DNA of 64,000 bases from an uncultured delta proteobacterium (GCA_963796055.1 CAWCKH010000004.1:2272001-2336000); one strand, 5' to 3'; shown: positions 22,969-33,871, numbered from the stretch's first letter. Notes: generated by a model not told the origin, from the sequence alone. Translations and numbers: made by a program.

Positions 22969-25956
22969 ATGGACAAGACCAAGATCATCGAGGGCGCGGC
23001 CAAGCTCGTCGCCAAGGGAGCCTTCGACAAGGCCATCCGCGAGTACCAGAAGGTGCTCGACCTCGATCCGCGCGACGTCCGCACGCTGCAGAAGATGGGC
23101 GAGCTGTACCAGAAGAAGGGCGACAACCCGCAGGCCGCCTCCTTCTTCACCCGCGTCGCCGAGGTGTACGCCCAGGACGGGTTCTTCCTGAAGGCGGTGG
23201 CCCTCTACAAGCAGGTCCTCAAGCTCAACCCGGACCTGGTCGAGGTGAACGTCAAGCTGGCCGAGCTGCACCAGCACCTCGGCCTGATGACCGAGGCGAT
23301 GGCCTTCTTCCAGGTGGTGGTCGCCCACCACGAGCGGAAGGGCGACTCGAAGGCCACCTTCGCCACCCTGAAGAAGATGGTGGACCTGGACCCGGAGAAC
23401 GTCTCCAGCCGCCTCAAGCTCGCCGAGCTCTACGCCCGCGAGCAGATGGGCGGAGAGGCGCTGGCGGAGTTCAAGCGCGCCGCCGACTGGCTGGAGCGCA
23501 ACAACCGCCCCGACGAGCGGCTCCGGGTCCTGGAGCGCATCGCTGCGCTCGAGCCGGACAACGTGCAGCTCGCCCGGAGCCTGGCCCACGACTACCTGGC
23601 GCGGGGAGACCACAAGCGCGCCCTGGCCAAGCTGCAGCTGTGCTTCAAGGCCGATCCGCGCGACATCCCCACCCTGGTCCTGCTCGCGCAGGCGTTCACC
23701 GCGCTCAACCACACCAGCAAGACGCTGAGCGTCTACAAGGAGCTGGCCAAGCTCCACGCCGAGCGCAACCAGCACGCCGAGTCGCGCGAGGCCTGGGGGA
23801 AGATCGAGCGGATCGACCCCTCCGATCCGGACCTCCTGGCGTGGAAGGCGAGCCACCGGCCGGCGCCCGCCCCGCAGCCCGCGGCGCCCCGCCCGGCGCG
23901 CACCTCGGTGTCCCAGGCCATCGCCGCGGTCCAGGCAGCCCAGCCCCCTCCGCCTCCGCCACAGCCCACTCCGGTGCCGGTGACGCTCAGCCGCGATCAG
24001 ATCCACAAGCTGCTCGCCGAGACCGACGTCTACGTGAAGTACGGGCTGCACGACAAGGCGCTGGAACACCTGCGTCGCATCTTCGCCGTCGATCCCGAGA
24101 ACCTCGACGCGCACGAGAAGGCGTACGTCATCTACCGCTCGGCGGGGCAGGGGGCGCAGGCCACCGAGCAGCTACTCAACGTGCTCCGGCTGTGCACCCG
24201 AGGCCTGGAACGGAAGCGCGCCCAGCCGTACCTGGACACCTTGCTCTCCGAGGCGCCCGGCCACCCGGAGATGCCGGCCTTCCTCGCCGTGCTCCGTCCC
24301 GAGTCGGTGCGGGGTCGGCCGGATCCGGCGCTGGTGGGCGCCGGCGACGACGAGGAGGTGCTCCTCGCCGAAGACGGCCTGGACAGCTCCTCCGACGACC
24401 TGGCGCTGAGGAACGCCACCCCGGGCGGGGACGACGAGCTGCTCGCCGAGGACGACGAGGCGATGCTGGTGGACGAGCCCGAGCCGATGTCCGCCGCCGC
24501 CGACGAGCCGCTCGCGCCGCGTCACGGGCCCGGGGTGCTGGTGCCGCCGCCGCCCGGCGTGGAGGACTACGGCGACGCGATGCCCTACGGAGAGGGGGGC
24601 GCCGACCGCACCGAGATGAACGATGCGCTCGGCCCCTACGAGGCGGGCGTCGAGAGCGCCGTGGAGCTGCCTCCGGACGAGGAGGTGGTGCTCACCCCTG
24701 CGCCGCCCCGGGCCCCGCCTTCGCGCCCGGCTCCCGTCGCCCGGGCGACCCCGCCCGCTCCACCCCCTGCGGCCGCCGCGCGGACTGCATGGACCCAGGC
24801 CGCGTACAAGCGTCCCGCGCCCGCCACTGCGCCCCCGGCTCCCTCGGCCCCCGCGGCCCGTGCCCTTCCCACGGCTACGAACGGCGTGGTCGCCCGTTCC
24901 CCTGCACCTGCTGGAACCAACGGTTTGTTCAGCCGCGCTGCGCCCGCATCGGTCGTGGTGCCGCCGCCGCCCGCCCCGGTCCGGCCCCCGCCTCCTCCAG
25001 TCGAGCGCGCGCCGGCCCGGGTTCCGGGCAGGACCAGCCCCGAGGAGAGTGGGCCGGTCAGCGAGGAGCTGAACGAGGCGGGCTTCTTCCTCGACCAGGG
25101 GCTGCTCGCCGAGGCACGCGAGGTGCTGGACACCGTGGAGCTGGTCCGCCCCGGCCTCCCCCGGACGGCGGCGCTGCGTGACCGGCTGGCCGCGCTCGAG
25201 GCGGCGAGGACCGCGCAGCCCTCCACCCCCACGCCGCCGCCCGCGCCCCGGGCCGCTCCCCCGGGCGTCGAGGCGGTTCCGCTGCACAGCGGCTCGTACA
25301 ACCTCGCCGAGGAGCTGGCGGACGAGCTCCAGGAGCTCGGCCCTGCCCCGGAGGAGGAGCCGCCGGCCGCGGCGGGGGGCGACCTCCAGTACTCGGTGGA
25401 GGAGGTGTTCACCGAGTTCAAGAAGGGGCTGGAGCGTGTCGTGCAGAGCACCGACGTCGACACCCACTACGACCTGGGCATCGCCTACAAGGAGATGGGG
25501 TTGCTCGACGACGCGGTGCAGGTCTTCGAGGTCGCCCGCCAGGGGTGCCAGGGGCAGCCGAAGGAGGTGGACTGCCTCACCATGATCGGCCTGCTCCACG
25601 GCATGCGCGGCGAGCCCGAGCGGGCGGTGGCCTCGTTCCGCGAGGCACTGGCCATCCCCCACGCGGGCCCACGGGAGGTGAGCCTGCGCTACGAGCTCGG
25701 CCTGGCGCACGAGGCAGCGGGCGCCGCCGGAAAGGCGCTGGGGCAGTTCCTGGCGGTGCAGAAGGCCGAGCCCGGCCACCGCGACGTCGCGGACCGAGTG
25801 CGCAGGCTGTCGGCCACGGCGCGCCCCGAAGATGACGGACCCCTGCGACCCACCGCCGCCGCGCCCGCTTCCGGCCGGCCGGCGCCCACCCGGCCGTCCC
25901 CACCCGAGCCTGCGCCGACGGTGCCGGCGAAGACTCGCAAGGTGGGGTACTTGTAG
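22969..25956 (+). CDS. sgmX: TPR protein SgmX (pilus activator, MglA effector)
   Basis: N-terminal TPRs (MDKTKIIEGAAKLVAKG), ETDVYVKYGLHDKA, acidic and Pro-rich linker, C-terminal THYDLGIAYKEMGLLDDA; synteny after accC. Confidence 0.85.
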   Translation: MDKTKIIEGAAKLVAKGAFDKAIREYQKVLDLDPRDVRTLQKMGELYQKKGDNPQAASFFTRVAEVYAQDGFFLKAVALYKQVLKLNPDLVEVNVKLAELHQHLGLMTEAMAFFQVVVAHHERKGDSKATFATLKKMVDLDPENVSSRLKLAELYAREQMGGEALAEFKRAADWLERNNRPDERLRVLERIAALEPDNVQLARSLAHDYLARGDHKRALAKLQLCFKADPRDIPTLVLLAQAFTALNHTSKTLSVYKELAKLHAERNQHAESREAWGKIERIDPSDPDLLAWKASHRPAPAPQPAAPRPARTSVSQAIAAVQAAQPPPPPPQPTPVPVTLSRDQIHKLLAETDVYVKYGLHDKALEHLRRIFAVDPENLDAHEKAYVIYRSAGQGAQATEQLLNVLRLCTRGLERKRAQPYLDTLLSEAPGHPEMPAFLAVLRPESVRGRPDPALVGAGDDEEVLLAEDGLDSSSDDLALRNATPGGDDELLAEDDEAMLVDEPEPMSAAADEPLAPRHGPGVLVPPPPGVEDYGDAMPYGEGGADRTEMNDALGPYEAGVESAVELPPDEEVVLTPAPPRAPPSRPAPVARATPPAPPPAAAARTAWTQAAYKRPAPATAPPAPSAPAARALPTATNGVVARSPAPAGTNGLFSRAAPASVVVPPPPAPVRPPPPPVERAPARVPGRTSPEESGPVSEELNEAGFFLDQGLLAEAREVLDTVELVRPGLPRTAALRDRLAALEAARTAQPSTPTPPPAPRAAPPGVEAVPLHSGSYNLAEELADELQELGPAPEEEPPAAAGGDLQYSVEEVFTEFKKGLERVVQSTDVDTHYDLGIAYKEMGLLDDAVQVFEVARQGCQGQPKEVDCLTMIGLLHGMRGEPERAVASFREALAIPHAGPREVSLRYELGLAHEAAGAAGKALGQFLAVQKAEPGHRDVADRVRRLSATARPEDDGPLRPTAAAPASGRPAPTRPSPPEPAPTVPAKTRKVGYL

Positions 25957-25972
25957 AAGGCCCCCTTCGACG

Positions 25973-26887
25973 ATGAGCTACCTGGAACACTTCGGACTGA
26001 CCGAGGAGCCCTTCTCCAACGCGCCGGTCAGCCGCTTCTACTTCGAGTCACCCCAGCATCAGCAGGCGCTGGTCCGCCTCACCCACGCCGTCTCGCGCAT
26101 GCGCGGACTCTCGGTGCTGGTGGGGGACATCGGCGCGGGGAAGACGACGCTGGCGCGGCGGCTGCTCGATGCTCTGCCCGAGGAGGAGTACGAGGCGGCG
26201 CTGTTCGTCATCATCCACTCCGGGGTCACCGCCTCCTGGCTGCTCCGGCGCATCGCGCTCCAGCTCGGTGTGGAGAACCCCGCGCAGGAGAAGCTCGCGC
26301 TCCTCAGCCAGCTCTACCAGCGGCTGGTTCAGATCCACGAGCAGGGCCGGAAGGCGGTGGTTCTCATCGACGAGGCCCAGATGCTCGAGACCCGCGAGCT
26401 GATGGAGGAGTTCCGCGGTCTGCTCAACCTCGAGGTGCCGGAGCGAAAGCTGATCTCCTTCGTCTTCTTCGGGCTGCCGGAGATCGAGCGCAACCTCCGT
26501 CTGGACCCCCCGCTGGCGCAGCGGGTGGCGATGCGCTACCGGCTCGAGCCCCTGAACGCGGAGAGCACGCGCTCCTACATCGAGCACCGCCTCCGCACCG
26601 CCGGCGGCATCAGCAATCCGTTCACCCCGGAGGCGATCGAGGTGCTCCACCGGCTGTCCGGCGGCTCGCCGCGCATCATCAACACCCTCTGTGACAACGC
26701 GCTCTTCGAGGCCTACCTGGGGCAGCAGACGACGGTGGACGCCCCGCGCATCGAGGAGATTGCCCGGAACCTCGCGCTCGCCGCGGTGGAGGCGCCCGGC
26801 GGCAACGGCACTCGGGCCCTCGCGGCCCCGGCCGGAAACGTGGATCTCTCCGAGGTGGACCGCTACCTCGAGAGCCTGAAGAGCTAG
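25973..26887 (+). CDS. ExeA/GspA-family AAA ATPase
   Basis: YLEHFGLTEEPFS, GDIGAGKTT, LIDEAQ, SGGSPRIINTLCDNAL. Confidence 0.9.
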   Translation: MSYLEHFGLTEEPFSNAPVSRFYFESPQHQQALVRLTHAVSRMRGLSVLVGDIGAGKTTLARRLLDALPEEEYEAALFVIIHSGVTASWLLRRIALQLGVENPAQEKLALLSQLYQRLVQIHEQGRKAVVLIDEAQMLETRELMEEFRGLLNLEVPERKLISFVFFGLPEIERNLRLDPPLAQRVAMRYRLEPLNAESTRSYIEHRLRTAGGISNPFTPEAIEVLHRLSGGSPRIINTLCDNALFEAYLGQQTTVDAPRIEEIARNLALAAVEAPGGNGTRALAAPAGNVDLSEVDRYLESLKS

Positions 26888-26891
26888 CGCC

Positions 26892-29800
26892 ATGCGTTGG
26901 AGCGGCGCCAGCCGCCGGCGACGGCTCCTGGGCGTGGGTCTGCTGCTCGCGCTGGTGGCCGGCGGGCTCACCTTCCTCCTGGTGGGCCGCTCACGCTTCG
27001 CCTGGGACAAGGCCTGCACCCTGGCCCGCCGGCAGCTCCCCGGGCTGCTCGGCGCGGACGTGGGGCTCGGGCGCTGCGAGGTGGACCCCGCCGGGCGCAC
27101 CGTCCGCATCTACGGTCTGTCCGCGGCCGCCCCGGACAACGAGCGCCCCATCTTCAGCGCCGACGAGGTGGAGGTCACAGTCGCCGGCGTCCAGCCGCTC
27201 TCGGGGCGACTGGAGCTGGAGCGGGTGCGCGTCATCCGGCCGCGCATCTGGCTCGACCTCTCGCGGCCCCGGTCGCCGACGCCGAAGGCCGAGGGATGCC
27301 CGCTCCGGACCCTGGAGCACGTGCTGGTGGACGCGCTCGAGGTGCGCGGCGCCGAGTTCCGGGTGGCGCTCCCGGCGGGGCGAAAGGTGGAAGTGGCCGG
27401 CGTGGAGCTCAGCTGGCGCACCCGCCGCCGCGATGCCGAGTTCACCCTCCGCACCTCGCAGGGTCTGCTGGACCTGGCGAACGGCCGCCCGCCGCTGGCG
27501 GTGGCCGGTCTGGCGGTGGAGGGCGCGCTCGGACCCGGAGGCCGCGAGCTCGAGGTGAGCCGGGGCGAGCTGTCCATCGACGATGCGCAGCTGTCGTTCG
27601 CCGGCAGGGTGGACGACCTCTGCCGCCCGGCACTGGCCGTGGACGCGCAGCTCTTCCTGCCCATGCGGATGCTGGCCCGGGTGGTGCCGCTCGGCGAGAC
27701 CTCCGGTCACCTGTGGGCGCAGGCCACGCTTTCCGGGCGGCTGCCCGACGTTCGCGTCACTGGCGAGCTGCTGGGCAAGGGCGTCGCCCTCGGTGGGCTC
27801 CGCCCGGGCGACTTCAGCGTCCGGGCGGCGCTGGCCGGGCAGGACGTCACCATCGGCGAGCTCACGGTGCCGGTGGGCCAGGGCTCGGTCCGCGCCAGCG
27901 GGGAGCTGCGGCTCGTCCCCGGAATGCCGCTGCGGGCGAAGGCCGAGCTGGACCAGGTGAGCCTGTTCCAGGTGTTCGAGCGGGTGGGGTTGTCGGGCGC
28001 CTGGGTGGACCTCCTCGCCACCGGCCCGGTCAACGTCCAGGGCAAGCTCGCCCCCGCGCCCGAGCTGCAGGGCCAGGCCGACCTCAAGGTGGCCCGGTTC
28101 GTCACCTGGGGCCATCCGGTGGACCGAAAGCTGCCCGGCCCGCCCATCCTCTCCATCCCCGCGGGCGAGGTGACGCTCGACCTGGGCATCCACCCCGACC
28201 GGGTGGAGCTCGGCAACGGCAAGGTGAAGGTGGGAGGCGCCCGCGCGCTGGCCAACGTGGTCATCCCCTATGGCGGCCGCGGGCCCATCACCATCGACAC
28301 CACCGCCGAGCCGCTGGTGCTGGAGGACGTGGGCAAGCTGGCCGACATCCCGATCGGCGGGGTGGGCGCGGCGCGGGTCTCGATCCGGATTCCTCCGCCG
28401 GGGTTGGTGCAGCTCGACGGCGAGCTGGCGCTTCAAGACTCGAGCTTCCGCGGCTTCGCCCTGGGCAACCTCTCCTCGGCCATCACGGTGCGCGACGGCG
28501 TCCTCTCCTTCCCCGAGGCCACGGGGATGAAGGGGCGCACCGCCTACCAGGGCCGCGCAGCGCTCGACTTCCGTGGGGACTCGCCCGACGTGCATGTGGC
28601 GGCGAACGTCCCCAACGGGCGGGTGGAGGACCTGGTCGAGCTGCTCGCGCCGGTCTCCCCGGCGCTGCAGCCCCTGCGCCGCATCCTGCTGGGGAGCGCC
28701 CGCGGCGCGGTGACGCTCGAGGGGCCTGCGGAGACGATGGAGGGGCGGTTCGACCTGGATCTGTCCGAGGTGAGCCTCTCGGGGCGACGCCTCGGGGACG
28801 GCGCGCTGCATGCCCGTCTCGACCGGGGGAACGCCATCGTCCTCGACTCGGTGGCCCTGCGGGGACCGCTGGGGACGTCGAAGGCAGACGGCCGCTGGGA
28901 CTTCGACGGCCCACTGCGGGCGAAGTTCCGGGTGGACGGGCTGCAGCTGGAGGAGCTGATGGGGACCGAGCTGGCAAGGCGGCTCCGGGCCCGGGGGACG
29001 CTCACCCTCGCCGGGACGGTGGGAGGCACCGACCAGGTGCCCGACGTGGCGCTGACCCTGGGCGGGCCGCAAATCTACCTCTCGGGCCGGGCGCTCGGCG
29101 CGATGGCGCTCGAGGCCCGCGCCGTCGGCGAGCAGCTGGAGCTCAAGGGCCGGCCGGTGGCCGACACGGACCTCTCGATGACCGCGCGGATCCACAGGCC
29201 CTACCCGTACGAGGCCACCCTGAAGCTCGCGCTGACCGACATCCGGGCGCTGCTCCCCGACACCGCCGCCGCGCAGGGGCTCAACGGCGCGGCGACCGGA
29301 GTGCTGACCGCGAGCGGCACGCTGTCCGAGCCCGAGACGTCCCGTGGCCTGCTCCACCTCGACAGCCTCAAGCTACAGCGGGGCGAGTTCCGCGCCGAGA
29401 GCGATGGGCCATGGGAGGTGCGGTTCCGGGGTGGACGGGTGAGCAGCGAGGGGCTCCGGCTCAAGGGGCCCGAGACCGAGCTCGTTGCCTCGGGGTACCT
29501 GGAGGAGTCGGGGATGGACGTCGCGGTCTCGGGCGCCGTCGACCTGCGACTGCTCGAGTCCTTCGTCCCTTCGCTGGAACGAGCCTCCGGGCGACTGGAG
29601 CTGCTCGGCACCGCACGCGGCGAGCCTGGCGACCCGCAGATCGTCGGCACCGCAACCCTGGTCGACGCCGGGTTCCGGGTCCGGGGCCAGCCGCTGGAGC
29701 TACGGGGGCTCAAGGGCAAGCTGGACTTCAGCGAGTCGCGCATCCTCTGGAGCGACCTCGAGGGGCAGGCCAACGACGGGCGGCTCGGCAGCCGCGGCGA

Positions 29801-30812
29801 CGTGCGCTGGCGGCGCTTCCGGCCCGAGCAGCTCGAGGTGGCGCTGCAGCTGGACCAGGTCTCGGTGCGGGTGGTGGAGGACGCGCCCTTCGCCGCCACT
29901 GGCGAGCTGACCCTGACCGGGCGCCCGGGCTCCTTCTTCCTCACCGGCGACCTGGACGTGCAGCGGCTCCGCTACCGCCGACCATTCGGGTTCGAGAATC
30001 TCCTGGCGCGGGGCAACCGCCCCGGCAGCCCCGGCGAGGCGCCCAGCGAGTGGCTCCAGCTCGACGTGGCTCTGCACCTCAAGGACGCGGCGGTGGAGAA
30101 CAACCTCGCCCGGGCGCGCATCGTCGGGGATTTGCGGCTCACCGGGAGCAACCTCCACCCCGGCCTCATCGGGGCGATGGAGGCGGGGCAGGGCAGCCAG
30201 GCCTTCTTCCGCGGGACGACGTTCAACGTCACCCAGGGCGCGGTGGACTTCAAGGACCGCCGGAGCCTGGAGGGCGTGTTCGACGTGCGCGCCGAATCGA
30301 CGGTGCGCGAGTACCTCATCCGGCTGCACGCCTTCGGGAAGACCAGCCAACCTCAAGTCTTGCTCTCCAGCGAGCCCAGCCTCCCCGAGGGAGACATCAT
30401 CTCCCTGCTCACCCTGGGGGTGACCTCGCGCGACCGGGCCAACAGCAACACCACCACCACCGGGGCGGGCATCGCCGCCGAGGCGCTGTACCAGGCCTCG
30501 GGGCTCGACCGGCAGGTGCAGAAGTTCCTCCCCAGCAACTCGGTCATCCGCGACCTGAGCTTCCACGTCTCCACCCTCTACAACGACGCCAACGGCCTGG
30601 TGGAGCCGACGGTGCAATTGGAGTCGAAGTTCCTCACCGACCAGCTTAAGCTCGGCCTCTCCCAGCCGGTGTCCGGAAAGGGGACGCGCGCCCTCGCCGA
30701 GTACCGGTTCGACGATCGCGTCTCCGCCCAGATCCAGTGGGACAACGTGTACAACGACGTTCCGATCGGGAACCTGGGGGTCGATCTCAAGCTCCGTTGG
30801 AACGTCGAGTAG
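26892..30812 (+). CDS. tamB: TamB/AsmA-like protein (DUF490 C-terminus)
   Basis: N-terminal TM anchor, long beta-taco-like repeats, C-terminal LSSEPSLPEGDIISLLTLG and final LKLRWNVE. Confidence 0.8.
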   Translation: MRWSGASRRRRLLGVGLLLALVAGGLTFLLVGRSRFAWDKACTLARRQLPGLLGADVGLGRCEVDPAGRTVRIYGLSAAAPDNERPIFSADEVEVTVAGVQPLSGRLELERVRVIRPRIWLDLSRPRSPTPKAEGCPLRTLEHVLVDALEVRGAEFRVALPAGRKVEVAGVELSWRTRRRDAEFTLRTSQGLLDLANGRPPLAVAGLAVEGALGPGGRELEVSRGELSIDDAQLSFAGRVDDLCRPALAVDAQLFLPMRMLARVVPLGETSGHLWAQATLSGRLPDVRVTGELLGKGVALGGLRPGDFSVRAALAGQDVTIGELTVPVGQGSVRASGELRLVPGMPLRAKAELDQVSLFQVFERVGLSGAWVDLLATGPVNVQGKLAPAPELQGQADLKVARFVTWGHPVDRKLPGPPILSIPAGEVTLDLGIHPDRVELGNGKVKVGGARALANVVIPYGGRGPITIDTTAEPLVLEDVGKLADIPIGGVGAARVSIRIPPPGLVQLDGELALQDSSFRGFALGNLSSAITVRDGVLSFPEATGMKGRTAYQGRAALDFRGDSPDVHVAANVPNGRVEDLVELLAPVSPALQPLRRILLGSARGAVTLEGPAETMEGRFDLDLSEVSLSGRRLGDGALHARLDRGNAIVLDSVALRGPLGTSKADGRWDFDGPLRAKFRVDGLQLEELMGTELARRLRARGTLTLAGTVGGTDQVPDVALTLGGPQIYLSGRALGAMALEARAVGEQLELKGRPVADTDLSMTARIHRPYPYEATLKLALTDIRALLPDTAAAQGLNGAATGVLTASGTLSEPETSRGLLHLDSLKLQRGEFRAESDGPWEVRFRGGRVSSEGLRLKGPETELVASGYLEESGMDVAVSGAVDLRLLESFVPSLERASGRLELLGTARGEPGDPQIVGTATLVDAGFRVRGQPLELRGLKGKLDFSESRILWSDLEGQANDGRLGSRGDVRWRRFRPEQLEVALQLDQVSVRVVEDAPFAATGELTLTGRPGSFFLTGDLDVQRLRYRRPFGFENLLARGNRPGSPGEAPSEWLQLDVALHLKDAAVENNLARARIVGDLRLTGSNLHPGLIGAMEAGQGSQAFFRGTTFNVTQGAVDFKDRRSLEGVFDVRAESTVREYLIRLHAFGKTSQPQVLLSSEPSLPEGDIISLLTLGVTSRDRANSNTTTTGAGIAAEALYQASGLDRQVQKFLPSNSVIRDLSFHVSTLYNDANGLVEPTVQLESKFLTDQLKLGLSQPVSGKGTRALAEYRFDDRVSAQIQWDNVYNDVPIGNLGVDLKLRWNVE

Positions 30813-33800
30813 CCCTGGGGGTCGTGCTGCTCCTGGCCGCGGCGCCGGTGTGGGCGCAGGGGCCGTCCGGCTCGGCCGAGGGCCGCCCCGTCGCCTCGGT
30901 GCGGCTGGTGATGCGGGGCGGCGGCAAGGTCCCGCCGGACCTCCGGGGTCTGGTGGCGGTGACCCCGGGAGCGCCCCTCTCCGGCCGCGCGGTGCGGCGG
31001 AGCATCGAGCGCCTCTTCTCCACCGGGCGCTTCTCGGACGTGGTGGCCCGGGGCGACGAGGGGCCGGACGGCCTGGTGGTGACCTTCGAGCTGGCGCCGG
31101 TGGTGCGCATTGCGCGGATCGACGTGACCGGAGCGAAGGCGCTGGGGCGGGACGAGGTGCTCGCCGCGGCCCGGCTCCAGGCCGGCACCGAGTTCTGGCC
31201 CGAACGGCTGGACGAGGCGCGGACCGGTCTGCTCGCCGCCTACGCCCGGCGCGGCTGGAACCAGTGCCAGATCTCCGCCACTGCGCAGCCGTCCGGCGAC
31301 GAGGTCGTGGTCCAGCTGGAGATCCACGAGGGGGAGCCCACCCGGGTGAGCGCGCTGCATTTCGACGGCCAGCCCGGGCTTTCCCCCACGCGGCTCGCCT
31401 CGGCCTTCGGCCTGCGGGTGGGCGACATCCTCGACCGGACCCGCCTGGACCCCGGCGCCGAGGCGCTGCGCGCGCTGTACCGCGAGACCGGCCACGCCCG
31501 GGCCCGGGTGGGCGCGCCGCGGGTGACCCTGGAGGGCACCGGCGCGGTGGTGACCGTCCCGGTGGACGCTGGCCCGGCGTTCACCCTCCGCTTCGAGGGG
31601 AACCGACGCTACCCGTCCGCCTGGCTCCGCTCCGCTCTGGCGATCGATCCCGCCGAGACGCTGGACCGCTCGGTGCTGGAACGCGAGGCGCGGCGGCTGG
31701 AGGCCTTCTACCGCTACCGCGGGTTCCGCGAGGTGCGGGTGGAGCCGCGCGAGGTGACGAGCCCCGACGGCAGCCGGGCGGTGGTGGTGTTCCACGTCTC
31801 CGAGGGACGACAGGTCAGGGTGCGCACGGTCGAGTTCCGGGGCCGGGCCGACCTCCCCGAGGCGGAGCTCCGCACGGTGCTGGAGCGCGTGGTGCGCGAT
31901 CGAACCCCCGAGCCGAGCGACCAGCGCCTCGAGTCCGACCCGCTGCACCTGGACGGGCGGGTGGCCGCCAGCGAGCGTCCCGACGCCCCGGACCCGCCGC
32001 CGTCGGAGGTCTTCGTCGAGGAGGCCTGGCGCGACGCCGCGGACACCATGCAGCGGCTCTACCGCGAGCTGGGGTGGGTGGACGCCCAGGTCTCGCTGGT
32101 CGGGGCCACCGAGGACGTCGCCTCCGGCACGCTGGACGCCCGGTTCCAGATCGTCGAGGGGGTCCGGACCTTCGTCCGCGCGGTGCGGTTCGAGGGGTTG
32201 CCGCCCGGGTTCCCCACGCCGGATCTCCCGATGCTCGCCCCGGGCCAGCCCTTCAGCCAGTCGCGGCTGGACGAGGCGGTCACCACCACCGTGCGGCGGC
32301 TCGGGCGCGGCAGCTACCTCTTCGCCCAGGTGACCGCCCGGCCGGGCTTCTCCGCCGACCGGACCTCCGCCGAGCCGGTGCTGGAGGTCACCCCGGGCCC
32401 GGCGGTGCGCGTGGGTCAGGTGGTGGTGCGGGGGCTGCAGCGCACCGATGAGGCGCTGGTGCGGGCGAACCTCAAGATGGCCCCCGGCACCCCGCTGGAT
32501 CCGGAGGCGCTGTTCCAGAGCCAGCGTGAGCTCCTCCTGCTCGGGCTCTTCCGGACGGTGTCGGTGCGGCTCATCTCCCCGGACACGCCCGAGCCGGTAA
32601 AGGACGTGGTGGTCGAGCTGCGGGAGCGTCCCCGGCTGTCGGGGAGCATCGGGGTGGGCTACTCGCTCGAGGACGGGCCGCGGATCATCGGCGACCTCGC
32701 GTACCCCAACGTCTTCGGGCAGGGGATCAACTTCAACCTTCGCGGCAAGCTCAACTACGTCGGCGCCAGCGCGCTGCCACTGCAGAGCTACGTCGACGGC
32801 TCCAACCTCCAGGGGCTCAACGGCCTGGACTTCAACGTCAACGCCGGCCTGTCGCAGCCGCGCATCTACCAGTTCCTGCCCGCCCAGGTGAGCGCGCGGC
32901 TGAACCTGAGCGCCGAGCGGGTGCACCGGCCGACGTACTTCTTCGGACGCGTCGCCGCCCTGCTGGGCGTGGACTGGGCCATCACCCGGTGGCTACAGCT
33001 CACCGGGAACTACCTCCTGGAGAACGTGCTGGTGCGCGCCCAGCCCGGGGTCGGCGACCTCCTCCAGCCCAACCGGACCGATGCCGAGCGGCTGCGCTTC
33101 CCCACCGGCAACTTCTTCATGCAGACCCTGGGAGCGACGCTCTCCTTCGACTTCCGGGACGACCCGGTGAACCCCCGCTCGGGCGTGCTGATCGGCGCGA
33201 CGGGCGAGGTGACCAAGGACATCAGCGCGGAGACCACCGACGTCAACGGTGACAATCCCGTCCCGGCGCGGATCTTCACCTTCAAGACCGCCATGGGAAT
33301 CACCGGCTACGCGCCGCTCGGGCCGCGGGCGGTGGTCGCCCTCTCGCTCCGGGGCGGGAAGATCTTCCCCCTGGAGCCGGACAGCCTGGTCATCACCCCC
33401 AAGCGTTTCTTCCTCGGCGGGGCGACGACGCTGCGGGGCTTCCGCGACGACGCGGTCATCCCGCAGGACGTCCGGAACGAGTACGCCCGCGAGCGGGTCT
33501 ACTGCGACGCGCTGGCCTGGACCGGCGGGTGCACCAGCCGCGGCCTGGCGCTCCGGAATGGGGGAACCCTGCCGTCGGAAGGCGGGACCCTGTTCGAGCT
33601 GGCGAAGGCCGAGCTGCGGTTCGCGCTGGCGGGGGACTTCGAGCTCGGGGTGTTCTTCGAGGCGGGCAACCTCTGGTACTCGGCGGCGGCCTGGAAGCCG
33701 CTGGACCTCCGACCGGTGGCCGGCGCCGGGGTGCGCTACGTCACGCCGGTGGGTCCTCTGGCGCTGGACGTGGGGTTCAACCTCTCGCCCGACGATCGGC

Positions 33801-33847
33801 TGAACGAGCCCATCTTTGCGATTCAATTCAGCGTCGGTCTGTTCTGA
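30797..33847 (+). CDS. Omp85 (BamA/TamA-like) outer membrane protein with multiple POTRA domains
   Basis: Signal peptide, repeated POTRA-like units, RFFLGGATTLRGF, GAGVRYVTPVGPLALD, terminal F. TTG start inferred. Confidence 0.88.
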   Translation: MERRVALGVVLLLAAAPVWAQGPSGSAEGRPVASVRLVMRGGGKVPPDLRGLVAVTPGAPLSGRAVRRSIERLFSTGRFSDVVARGDEGPDGLVVTFELAPVVRIARIDVTGAKALGRDEVLAAARLQAGTEFWPERLDEARTGLLAAYARRGWNQCQISATAQPSGDEVVVQLEIHEGEPTRVSALHFDGQPGLSPTRLASAFGLRVGDILDRTRLDPGAEALRALYRETGHARARVGAPRVTLEGTGAVVTVPVDAGPAFTLRFEGNRRYPSAWLRSALAIDPAETLDRSVLEREARRLEAFYRYRGFREVRVEPREVTSPDGSRAVVVFHVSEGRQVRVRTVEFRGRADLPEAELRTVLERVVRDRTPEPSDQRLESDPLHLDGRVAASERPDAPDPPPSEVFVEEAWRDAADTMQRLYRELGWVDAQVSLVGATEDVASGTLDARFQIVEGVRTFVRAVRFEGLPPGFPTPDLPMLAPGQPFSQSRLDEAVTTTVRRLGRGSYLFAQVTARPGFSADRTSAEPVLEVTPGPAVRVGQVVVRGLQRTDEALVRANLKMAPGTPLDPEALFQSQRELLLLGLFRTVSVRLISPDTPEPVKDVVVELRERPRLSGSIGVGYSLEDGPRIIGDLAYPNVFGQGINFNLRGKLNYVGASALPLQSYVDGSNLQGLNGLDFNVNAGLSQPRIYQFLPAQVSARLNLSAERVHRPTYFFGRVAALLGVDWAITRWLQLTGNYLLENVLVRAQPGVGDLLQPNRTDAERLRFPTGNFFMQTLGATLSFDFRDDPVNPRSGVLIGATGEVTKDISAETTDVNGDNPVPARIFTFKTAMGITGYAPLGPRAVVALSLRGGKIFPLEPDSLVITPKRFFLGGATTLRGFRDDAVIPQDVRNEYARERVYCDALAWTGGCTSRGLALRNGGTLPSEGGTLFELAKAELRFALAGDFELGVFFEAGNLWYSAAAWKPLDLRPVAGAGVRYVTPVGPLALDVGFNLSPDDRLNEPIFAIQFSVGLF

Positions 33848-33871
33848 TCTGTCGTCGGATGAGGAGGCACC

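Noticed and set aside
26897..30649. Long alternative-frame and antisense ORFs (this one and many similar)
   Set aside because: Arg/Gly/Pro/Ala-rich shadows expected in high-GC DNA, overlapping well-supported genes and lacking motifs.
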